Program-made: the position numbers and the translations under genes
Origin: Solirubrobacteraceae bacterium
GTDB taxonomy: Bacteria; Actinomycetota; Thermoleophilia; Solirubrobacterales; Solirubrobacteraceae
Direction of reading: 5' to 3'
DNA length: 64,000 bases
Assembly (NCBI GenBank): GCA_035552235.1
Contig: DASZLT010000040.1
Coordinates: 10,412 to 74,411 of the forward strand
In this document: positions 46,166 through 54,005 of the stretch, piece by piece
How positions within the stretch are numbered: the first letter of the stretch is position 1
How the letters are laid out: each line of letters starts with the position of its first letter
Notes under the pieces: generated by a model
Told to the model about the DNA's origin: nothing
What the model saw: only the letters and a program-made list of their open reading frames with translations
Database searches by the model: none

Positions 46166-47262
46166 CGCCGCCGGTCGTCCAACGTCTGGTCGCGCGAGCG
46201 TTCAAAATCCCGACCGACAGCCCCGAGGGGGATGGCACCTTCAACTGGGATTCGACCACGGTGGTGGTGGCCGAAGCCACGGCTGACGGGCACACCGGGC
46301 TCGGGTACAGCTACGCGTCGGCTGCCTCGGCGCGGCTGATATCGGAGATGCTCGCCGATCTCGTCGTGGGACATGACGCACTGTCACCTCCCGCCGCATG
46401 GGAGCGCATGCGCCACCAGGTTCGCAACATCGGTTATGCCGGAGTCGCCTCGAGCGCGATCTCGGCGGTCGATATCGCGCTCTGGGATCTCAAGGCACGG
46501 CTGCTCGGGGTCGACCTGTCATCGCTGCTTGGCCGGGTCCGCGATCGGGTGCCCATATACGGCAGCGGTGGTTTCACCACCTACACGCCGGAGCAGATGC
46601 GCACGCAGCTGAACGGTTGGGTGTCAGACGGGATCCAGGCCTTCAAGATCAAGGTCGGGGCGGAGCCGGAGCGCGACCTGGCGCGGGCGCTGCATGCACG
46701 CGATGTCATCGGGCCAGACCGCGCGCTGTTCGTCGACGCCAACGGCGCCTACTCGCGCAAGCAGGCGCTCGAGTTCGCAGAGCTGTTCAGCGAGCAGGCG
46801 TACGTCACGTGGTTTGAGGAACCGGTCCCATCCGACGACCTCGAGGGGTTGCGGTTGCTGCGGGACCGCGCGCCCTCTGGGATGGAGATCGCCGCCGGCG
46901 AATACGGCTACGACCTCTTCTACTTCCGCAGGATGCTTGAGGCCGGCGCCGTCGACGTGCTTCAGGCGGACGTGACGCGGTGCGGAGGGATCACCCAGAT
47001 GCTGCAGGTGAGCGCCCTTTGCGCCGCCCGAGGTATGCAGCTCTCGGCGCACACCAGCCCGGCGATCCACGCCTATGTCGGCGCGGCGCTACAGCCGCTC
47101 GTTCACGTCGAGTACTTTCATGACCACACCCGGATCGAACGGCAGCTGTTCACCGGCGCCGAGCTGCTGCAGGATGGAATGCTGGTGCCGGCGCGCGCTG
47201 CTCTGGGGATGGGACTGGCGCTGCGCGAGGAAGTGGCCGAGCACCACGAGATCGGCGCATAG
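46162..47262 (+). CDS. Mandelate racemase/muconate lactonizing enzyme family enolase (probable CTG start)
   Basis: Conserved N-terminus FKIPTDSPEGDGTFNWDSTT is in frame upstream of the ORF-track start; KIKVG, DANG, WFEEP, GEY. Confidence 0.85.
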   Translation: MTPPVVQRLVARAFKIPTDSPEGDGTFNWDSTTVVVAEATADGHTGLGYSYASAASARLISEMLADLVVGHDALSPPAAWERMRHQVRNIGYAGVASSAISAVDIALWDLKARLLGVDLSSLLGRVRDRVPIYGSGGFTTYTPEQMRTQLNGWVSDGIQAFKIKVGAEPERDLARALHARDVIGPDRALFVDANGAYSRKQALEFAELFSEQAYVTWFEEPVPSDDLEGLRLLRDRAPSGMEIAAGEYGYDLFYFRRMLEAGAVDVLQADVTRCGGITQMLQVSALCAARGMQLSAHTSPAIHAYVGAALQPLVHVEYFHDHTRIERQLFTGAELLQDGMLVPARAALGMGLALREEVAEHHEIGA

Positions 47263-47304
47263 CGCGCGAGGTCGTTCGGCGACGCCGGTTGGCTTCGATC
47301 TCAC

Positions 47305-47356
47305 GGCATCCTGCTGCGCCGCTCCGTTTCGGCATCCTCGTGCGCCGCTCCGTTTC
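47305..47356. repeat. 26-bp tandem duplication upstream of tal
   Basis: ggcatcctgctgcgccgctccgtttc / ggcatcctcgtgcgccgctccgtttc; second copy ends in the -35 of GTTT-N16-GGGAAG. Confidence 0.75.
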
Positions 47357-47389
47357 ACCAGGCAGGCGCTCGGGAAGGGTCACGTCCGT

Positions 47390-48499
47390 ATGCCCACACA
47401 GCTGCAGGCCCTCAGAGAGCAAGGCCAGAGCCCCTGGATCGACTTCATCACCCGCAGGTTCCTCGAGGACGGCGAGCTGGCCGGCCTGATCCGAGAGGGG
47501 GTGGTCGGCGTGACCTCGAACCCCACGATCTTCCAAAAGGCGATCGCCGATGACGACCTTTACGACGAGCAGTTAGAGACCCTCGCCGGCCGCCACACGG
47601 ACCCCTACGACTCGTTCATCGAGATCGCCCGCGACGACATCCGCAGTGCTTGCGATCAGCTCGCGGACACATATGCCGAACCAGGCCTCGACGGCATCCG
47701 CGACGGCTGGGTGTCGCTGGAGGTCGATCCGCGGCTCGCGCACGACACCGAACGCACGGTCGCCGAGGCGCGAAGGCTGCACGAGCTCGTCGACCGGCCC
47801 AACCTGATGGTCAAGATCCCGGGAACCGAGGAGGGGCTCAGCGCCATCGAGTCCGCCGTCGCGCTGGGAATTCCGGTCAACGTCACGTTGCTGTTTTCCC
47901 TAGATCGCCATCGCCAGGCGGCGGAGGCGTACCTGCGTGGCCTGCAGCGCCTACATGCCGCAGGCGGCGACCTCAGCACTGTCGCGTCAGTAGCGTCGTT
48001 CTTCATCTCCCGTGTCGACACCGAGGTCGATCGCCGGCTCGATGAGATCGGAGGCCACGCCGATCTCAAGGGGAAGCTTGCGATCGCCAACGCGCGTCTC
48101 GCCTATCAGACCTACGGCCAGGAGTTTTCGGGACTCTGGTGGGAGGAGCTGGCCTCCTTCGGGGCCACGCCACAGCGCTGCCTCTGGGCGTCGACCTCAA
48201 CCAAGAATCCGGAATACCGCGACGTCGTGTACGTCGAGCAGCTGATCGGCCCGGGCACGGTCAACACGATGCCGCCCGAGACGATCGAGGCCTTCAACGA
48301 TCACGGGGACATCGCGCGCACGATCGACAGCGACGTGGACCGCGCCCGGCGGACCCTGCAGGCCGTGGCGGACGCCGGTGTCGACTACGACGACGTGGTC
48401 GCCACGCTCGAACGCGAGGGTGTGCAGAAGTTCGCCGACTCCTTTCAGGAACTGACCGAGGCGGTTGCAGCAAGCCTCCGTGGCGCGGCATCGCGTTGA
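47390..48499 (+). CDS. tal: Transaldolase (actinobacterial type)
   Basis: GQSPWID, GVTSNPTIF, VSLEVDP, VKIP, NVTLLFS, ASFFISRVD, LWASTSTKNP. Confidence 0.95.
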   Translation: MPTQLQALREQGQSPWIDFITRRFLEDGELAGLIREGVVGVTSNPTIFQKAIADDDLYDEQLETLAGRHTDPYDSFIEIARDDIRSACDQLADTYAEPGLDGIRDGWVSLEVDPRLAHDTERTVAEARRLHELVDRPNLMVKIPGTEEGLSAIESAVALGIPVNVTLLFSLDRHRQAAEAYLRGLQRLHAAGGDLSTVASVASFFISRVDTEVDRRLDEIGGHADLKGKLAIANARLAYQTYGQEFSGLWWEELASFGATPQRCLWASTSTKNPEYRDVVYVEQLIGPGTVNTMPPETIEAFNDHGDIARTIDSDVDRARRTLQAVADAGVDYDDVVATLEREGVQKFADSFQELTEAVAASLRGAASR

Positions 48500-48697
48500 C
48501 GGTTTCGCCGGCTTCAGGCGGAAGTTCGGGGTCCACCCGCGACGCGGCCTGCGCAGCGGTCGCCGGCGGGCGGAGAGCTCGTGATCGGCCGGCTACGAAC
48601 AGCGGCTCGCGCGGGGCGGGGTCAGGCAGGCGCTCGACTCGGGCGTTGCCGGTACGGTCGAACCGCAGCTCACGGGGCTGCGCGAAAGGGGAAGGCG

Positions 48698-48958
48698 ATG
48701 AGCGAGGTCCCGACAGAGCCGGCTGAGCCCGCTACACCGATAGTTCCCGATGCTCCGGTCACGCCGGTGGTGCCCGATCCCGGCACGCCCGGCGATCCGG
48801 CGATCCCGTCATCGGTCCCGACGCCTGACGAGCCGGCGGAACCGATCGTGCCCGAGCCGGCACAGCCTGACAACCCCGATATGCCGCCCGCGCCGGAGCG
48901 GCCCGATGATCCTGTTACCCCCGAGCCCGGCAGCAAACTGAGGTGCTCAGATGACTGA
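48698..48958 (+). CDS. Pro/acidic low-complexity hypothetical protein
   Basis: GGAAGG RBS; PxxP-rich acidic sequence. Confidence 0.55.
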   Translation: MSEVPTEPAEPATPIVPDAPVTPVVPDPGTPGDPAIPSSVPTPDEPAEPIVPEPAQPDNPDMPPAPERPDDPVTPEPGSKLRCSDD

Positions 48959-49130
48959 ACACGACAACGCGCACGATCCGCAGAGCGATCCGCCGGCCGC
49001 CGTCTCCAATCAGAACGGTGAGGAGGCGCAGAGTGGGCATCGCGAGGACGGCACCCATCCCGAACCGCGAACCGCAGGGGAAAGGTCGGGCGAGCACGAG
49101 TCTCCGGAGCCCGACACTCGGAGGAGCTGA
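48951..49130 (+). CDS. Small hydrophilin-like protein (59 aa, below ORF-track cutoff)
   Basis: GAGGTG RBS; MTEHDNAHDPQSDPPAAVSNQNGEEAQSGHREDG...DTRRS*; overlaps upstream stop. Confidence 0.5.
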   Translation: MTEHDNAHDPQSDPPAAVSNQNGEEAQSGHREDGTHPEPRTAGERSGEHESPEPDTRRS

Positions 49131-49317
49131 GCAGCGTTTTCAGGATCTTGACGGCCGCTCGAGCGTCATCGCAGTTGCGCTGAACGTTCGCCACCAACCT
49201 CACGAGATGCGGAGCCAGGGGTATGGCCTTACGCCAGGTCAACTGCCGGCGACCTGGGTGCCGGGGGCTCTTACGTGCCTCTCATGATCGGCGCTTAGGC
49301 TCGGCGCCCAAGACGCT

Positions 49318-49980
49318 ATGACAGGACCCACGCATCTTTGGTCTGGAGACTGGGAGACGCAGTCGCGGCAGCCGGCCGCGGTGCAACCGCCCGCGCCGCC
49401 CCAGGAGCCCGAAGCCCAGCCCGTGCCCGTCCCCACGCCGGGGCGTTTCACGAGGCGCCAGCTCGCGATCGCGCTCAGCACCGGTGTCGCCGCGGCGGCA
49501 GTCGCCGTCACGCTGGTGGCGACGCTCGGCGGCGGCTCCCACAAACCCGCCTCCCACCGGGGCACGAGCTCGGCCTCGGCGTCTCACCCCCGCGGGCGGC
49601 CGCACGGCTCCGGTGGCGGCGGCCTCATCACCCCCAGCCAGAGCTGCCAGCAGAACCCGAGCGGGTGCTCGCCGACCACGACGATCCCGACGGCGACCGG
49701 CCCGAGCGCAGATTGGCTGGGTATGCAGATCGTCACGAGCCCCTCCGGCGTGGTGGTCAACACCGTCAGGCTCGGCAGCCCCGCCGACCAGGCCGGCTTT
49801 GAACCCGGGGACCAAATCATGTCGGTTGACACGCACGTAATCGGCGCCGTCTCAGAGCTGCGCTCCGACACGAGCGGTCTCAAGATCGGCTCGCCGGTCA
49901 CGATCGCCGTCCTGCGCTCCTCGGTGCGGCTGACGTTCGCGTCGATGCGGATGACGCAGCACCCCATAATCCATCCGTGA
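49318..49980 (+). CDS. Membrane-anchored PDZ domain protein
   Basis: One TM, linker, WLGMQI..GSPADQAGFEPGDQI. Confidence 0.82.
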   Translation: MTGPTHLWSGDWETQSRQPAAVQPPAPPQEPEAQPVPVPTPGRFTRRQLAIALSTGVAAAAVAVTLVATLGGGSHKPASHRGTSSASASHPRGRPHGSGGGGLITPSQSCQQNPSGCSPTTTIPTATGPSADWLGMQIVTSPSGVVVNTVRLGSPADQAGFEPGDQIMSVDTHVIGAVSELRSDTSGLKIGSPVTIAVLRSSVRLTFASMRMTQHPIIHP

Positions 49981-50936
49981 GCTTCGCCACACCCATCGTC
50001 CTGCTCGGCCTGGTCGCGCTGCCGGCAGCGCTGTGGCTCTACCTGGCCGAGCACCGGCGCCGCACGCACACGCTGATCGCCCTGGTCGACGCGAAGATGC
50101 ACCCCTCGCTGGCGCCCCGCGTGCCCGGCTGGCGTCGTCATGCGCCCTACGTGCTGTTCGGGCTCGGGCTGGTGGCGCTGATCCTGGCCGCCGCAGGGCC
50201 GCGGCATGCGGTCCTGAAACCGGTCAAGGGCGCGACGGTGATGCTGGTCAACGACACCAGCGCGTCGATGACCTCCAACGACGTGAGCCCGTCGCGACTG
50301 GAAGCGGCCAAGGAGGCCGCTTACAGCTTCCTCTCGCACGTGAGCCCGTCGACACAGGTGGGCTCGATCGCGTTCGCGCGGCGCGTGCTGCTGCTGCAGT
50401 CACCGACCACCGACCACTCCCTCACCCGCGCCGCTGTGGCCAGCATCAAACCGGGCGGGGGCGGGACCGCGATGGGCGACGCCCTGGCGGAGGCGCTGCG
50501 CGCGGTCCGGGCGGCGCCCAAGCTCGGCGGCAAGCGCCCGCCCGGCTCGGTGATCCTGATCTCCGATGGTGCCGGCAACATCGGCGTCAATCCGGTCAGT
50601 GTCGCCGCCCAGGCCAAGCGCGAGAAGATCAAGATCTTCACGATCTCAATCGGGACCCCCAATGGGAGCGCCGAGATCCCGCACCCGAGCGGCGCGGTGC
50701 TGACGGCCGTACCGGTCGACCCGACCGAGCTCTGGCAGATCGCGGAGACCTCAGGCGGTGCTCGTTACGATGCCGCCGACTCGGCGACGGTGACCTCGAT
50801 CTACAACGACCTGGCCCAGGTGGTTGCTCACGAGCGCCTCGAGAAGCTGCTCACCGGGTTCTTTGCCGGAGCGGGGCTGCTGCTCATCGCGCTCGGCGTG
50901 GCCCTGTCGCTGTGGTGGTTCGCGCGGCTGGCATGA
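49977..50936 (+). CDS. VWA domain protein (BatA-like)
   Basis: DTSASM MIDAS, GTAMG, ISDG; N- and C-terminal TM. Confidence 0.88.
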   Translation: MSFATPIVLLGLVALPAALWLYLAEHRRRTHTLIALVDAKMHPSLAPRVPGWRRHAPYVLFGLGLVALILAAAGPRHAVLKPVKGATVMLVNDTSASMTSNDVSPSRLEAAKEAAYSFLSHVSPSTQVGSIAFARRVLLLQSPTTDHSLTRAAVASIKPGGGGTAMGDALAEALRAVRAAPKLGGKRPPGSVILISDGAGNIGVNPVSVAAQAKREKIKIFTISIGTPNGSAEIPHPSGAVLTAVPVDPTELWQIAETSGGARYDAADSATVTSIYNDLAQVVAHERLEKLLTGFFAGAGLLLIALGVALSLWWFARLA

Positions 50937-50976
50937 AGCTCGGACACGTGAAGCGGAAACAGAACTGGAGGGACCC

Positions 50977-52002
50977 ATGACTGAGATGGATGCGATCCAC
51001 CGCTCGCGTGACGAGGCGCGCAGCGCTCTGCAGGAGGCACTCGGGGAGATCAAGCGCGTGATCGTGGGTCAGGACGCGATGCTCGAGCGCGTGCTCGTGA
51101 GCCTGCTGGCCGGCGGACACGTGCTGCTCGAGGGCGTGCCCGGCCTCGCCAAGACGCTCACCCTGAAGACGCTTTCGTCGGTGCTCGGGGGCAGCTTCGG
51201 GCGGATCCAGTTCACCCCCGACCTGGTGCCCGCCGACCTCGTCGGCACGCGCATCTGGCGGCCTGACACGAGCCGCTTCGACACCGAGCTCGGCCCCGTG
51301 TTCCACAACTTCATCCTCGCCGACGAGATCAACCGCGCGCCCGCGAAGGTGCAGTCGGCGCTGCTGGAGGTGATGCAGGAGCGCCAGGTCACGATCGGCG
51401 GCACGAGCTTCCCGGTGCCGCATCCGTTCATCGTGATGGCGACCCAGAACCCGATCGAGTCTGAGGGCACCTACCCGTTGCCCGAGGCTCAGGTCGACCG
51501 CTTTCTGATGAAGATCGTGGTCGACTACCCCACGCCCGGAGAGGAGGCGGCGGTCGTCGGCCGCAGCCTGCAGCCGCCGGTCGAGGTGCGCGAGTGCGTC
51601 AGCCTCGCCGACCTCGAGGCCCACAGCGCCGCCGCGGCCACGGTCTCCGCCGACCGCGAGGTGATCGCCTATGCGGTCTCGCTGGCCGATGCGACGCGCC
51701 ACCCTGAGACCCACGGCCTGAGCGAGCTCGCGCCGCTGATCGAGTTCGGTTCGAGCCCGCGCGGCCCGATCGGCATGGTGCAGGCGGCCCGCGCGCTGGC
51801 GCTGCTGCGCGGCCGCTCACACATCGCCCCCGAGGACATCACCGACCTCGCGGCCGACGTCCTGCGCCATCGCATCGTGCTCTCCTACGACGCGCTGAGC
51901 GAGGGCGTGACCGTCGACTCGCTGCTCGAGCGCATCATCGCCGCGGTGCCCGGGCCCGACGCGCGCCTGATCCGGCACGCCGCCGGTGATGCCCGGCGTT
52001 GA
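50977..52002 (+). CDS. moxR: MoxR family AAA ATPase
   Basis: LLEGVPGLAKT, RIQFTPDL, ADEINRAP, ATQNPIE, SPRG. Confidence 0.95.
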   Translation: MTEMDAIHRSRDEARSALQEALGEIKRVIVGQDAMLERVLVSLLAGGHVLLEGVPGLAKTLTLKTLSSVLGGSFGRIQFTPDLVPADLVGTRIWRPDTSRFDTELGPVFHNFILADEINRAPAKVQSALLEVMQERQVTIGGTSFPVPHPFIVMATQNPIESEGTYPLPEAQVDRFLMKIVVDYPTPGEEAAVVGRSLQPPVEVRECVSLADLEAHSAAAATVSADREVIAYAVSLADATRHPETHGLSELAPLIEFGSSPRGPIGMVQAARALALLRGRSHIAPEDITDLAADVLRHRIVLSYDALSEGVTVDSLLERIIAAVPGPDARLIRHAAGDARR

Positions 52003-52036
52003 GCGTTCGGCGGGCTCGGCCGGAGGGGGTGGGCGC

Positions 52037-52984
52037 ATGGTAACCGGCCGCCCGCCGACCACAGGCCTGCGGCCGCCGGATGCCCGCCAGGGACCGGGAC
52101 CGATTCCCGCTGGGCTGCTCGACGCGCTCGATGTCGCGATCCAGCGGCTGATCGCCCGCACGCTTGCCGGCAGTCGCCGAGCGGCCGGGGTCGGGCTCGG
52201 CACCGAGCTGGCGCAGCTGCGGGCGTATGAGCCCGGCGACGATGTCCGCCACATCGATCCGGCCGCCAGCGCCCGCACCGCCACGCTGCACGTGCGCGTG
52301 CACGTCCCCGAGCGCGCGCTGACCACCTGGATCGTGCTGGACCTCTCGGCGTCGATGGCGTTCGGCACCGCGGAGCGGTTGAAGGCGGATCTCGCCGAGG
52401 GCGCGACCCTGGTGTTCGCGCGCATGGGTGTGCGCCGAGCGGGCAGCGTGGGCGTGGTGGCGTTCGGTATCCCGGGAGAGCCCGGGGGTATCCACGTGCT
52501 GCCGCCACGCGGTTCGAAGCCGGGACTGGTGGCGGTGCGCAAGCTGCTCGAGCAGGGCGTCGCGCCCGACGGCGAGCGGGGCGAGGGTGGCGAGCCGGGC
52601 TCGCTGGCCGACGCGCTCGCGCGCACCTTCAAACTCTCAAAGCTGCCGGGCCTCGTGGTCGTCATCTCGGATTTCCGCGACCAGCGCGACTGGGAGCGGC
52701 CGCTCGGGGCGCTGCGGCTGCGCCACTCCGTGGTCGCGGTCGAGGTCGGCGACCCCGCCGAGGCCGAGCTGCCCGCCGTCGGGCGGCTCGCGGTGGTGGA
52801 TCCAGAGACCGGGGACCTCGTTCGCGTCGACAGCTCGAGCAGCCGCCTGCGTGAGCGCTTCGCCGCGCTCGAGCGCGAGCGCCGTGAGGTCGTCGCCACC
52901 GAGCTCCGCCGCCTCGGGATCAAGCACATCCCACTGTTCACAGACCAGGACTGGCTGGTCGAACTGGGGCGCCGGATCCGATGA
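52037..52984 (+). CDS. DUF58 domain protein
   Basis: RAYEPGDDVRHID, DLSASMAFGT, ISDF. Confidence 0.9.
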   Translation: MVTGRPPTTGLRPPDARQGPGPIPAGLLDALDVAIQRLIARTLAGSRRAAGVGLGTELAQLRAYEPGDDVRHIDPAASARTATLHVRVHVPERALTTWIVLDLSASMAFGTAERLKADLAEGATLVFARMGVRRAGSVGVVAFGIPGEPGGIHVLPPRGSKPGLVAVRKLLEQGVAPDGERGEGGEPGSLADALARTFKLSKLPGLVVVISDFRDQRDWERPLGALRLRHSVVAVEVGDPAEAELPAVGRLAVVDPETGDLVRVDSSSSRLRERFAALERERREVVATELRRLGIKHIPLFTDQDWLVELGRRIR

Positions 52985-53928
52985 GCGTTGCCGACCCGCT
53001 CTGGCTGCTCGCACTTGCGCTGCTGCCGCTGGCTCTGATCGCGCAGCGGCTCTCGCACCGGCGCACGCGCACCTACGCGGTGCGTTTCCCGGCCGCCGCA
53101 ACGCTACGACAGGCACTGGCCGAGGGTGCCGACCGGCGCCTGCGGCGGCACCTCGCCGTCGGAGCGCTGCTCGCTGCCCTGGCCTGCCTGGCGGTGGCGC
53201 TCGCAGCACCGCGCGTCACGCACCGCGTGCCGATCCGCGCCGCGTCTTTGATGCTGGTGCTCGACCACTCGGGCTCGATGGATTCAAACGACGTGAGCCC
53301 GACGCGGCTGCAGGCAGCGATGCGCGCGGCCAACACCTTCATCGACCAGCTGCCCGCGAGCGCAAGGGTGGGCGTCGTCGCGTTCTCCACCGCTCCTGAC
53401 ACGGTGCAGCAGCCGACGACCGACCACAGGGCCGCGCGCACCGCGATCGACAGCCAGCAGGCGAACGGAGGCACCGCCACCGGTCCGGCGCTGCTGCTCT
53501 CGCTGCAGCTGCTGCACGGCGCCGAGAAACACCACCCGCCGGCGGCGATCGTGCTGCTCTCGGACGGTGCCGCCAACCTCGGAATCAGCCCCGTGACGGT
53601 CGCCCAGGAGGCCCGCCGCGAGCACATCCCGATCTACACGGTCGCGCTCGGCACCCCCGGCGGCGTGCTCAACGAGGGTATCTTCGGTCCCACCGTTCCG
53701 GTCCCCCCCGACCCGGGCCTGATGCAGCAGATCGCGCAGTCATCGGGCGGGCGCGCCTACGACGCCAGGACCGAGCAGTACCTGCGCTCGGTCTACCAGA
53801 CGCTCGGGCGCAGCCTGAGCACCGTCGCCCGTAAGCGCGACATCAGCATCTACTTCCTGATCGCCGCCGGGGTGTTGCTGATTGCCGCGACGCTCGGCTC
53901 GGTTCGCACGGCGGCACGACTGCCCTGA
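52981..53928 (+). CDS. VWA domain protein (BatA-like)
   Basis: DHSGSM, GGTATG, LLSDG. Confidence 0.9.
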   Translation: MSVADPLWLLALALLPLALIAQRLSHRRTRTYAVRFPAAATLRQALAEGADRRLRRHLAVGALLAALACLAVALAAPRVTHRVPIRAASLMLVLDHSGSMDSNDVSPTRLQAAMRAANTFIDQLPASARVGVVAFSTAPDTVQQPTTDHRAARTAIDSQQANGGTATGPALLLSLQLLHGAEKHHPPAAIVLLSDGAANLGISPVTVAQEARREHIPIYTVALGTPGGVLNEGIFGPTVPVPPDPGLMQQIAQSSGGRAYDARTEQYLRSVYQTLGRSLSTVARKRDISIYFLIAAGVLLIAATLGSVRTAARLP

Positions 53929-54005
53929 CGCGCCCGCGGCTTCCTGTCCAACTCATAAGTTCCTCTCACATTTTTCACACATCCGGTCGGGATTCTTTGC
54001 CCTCA

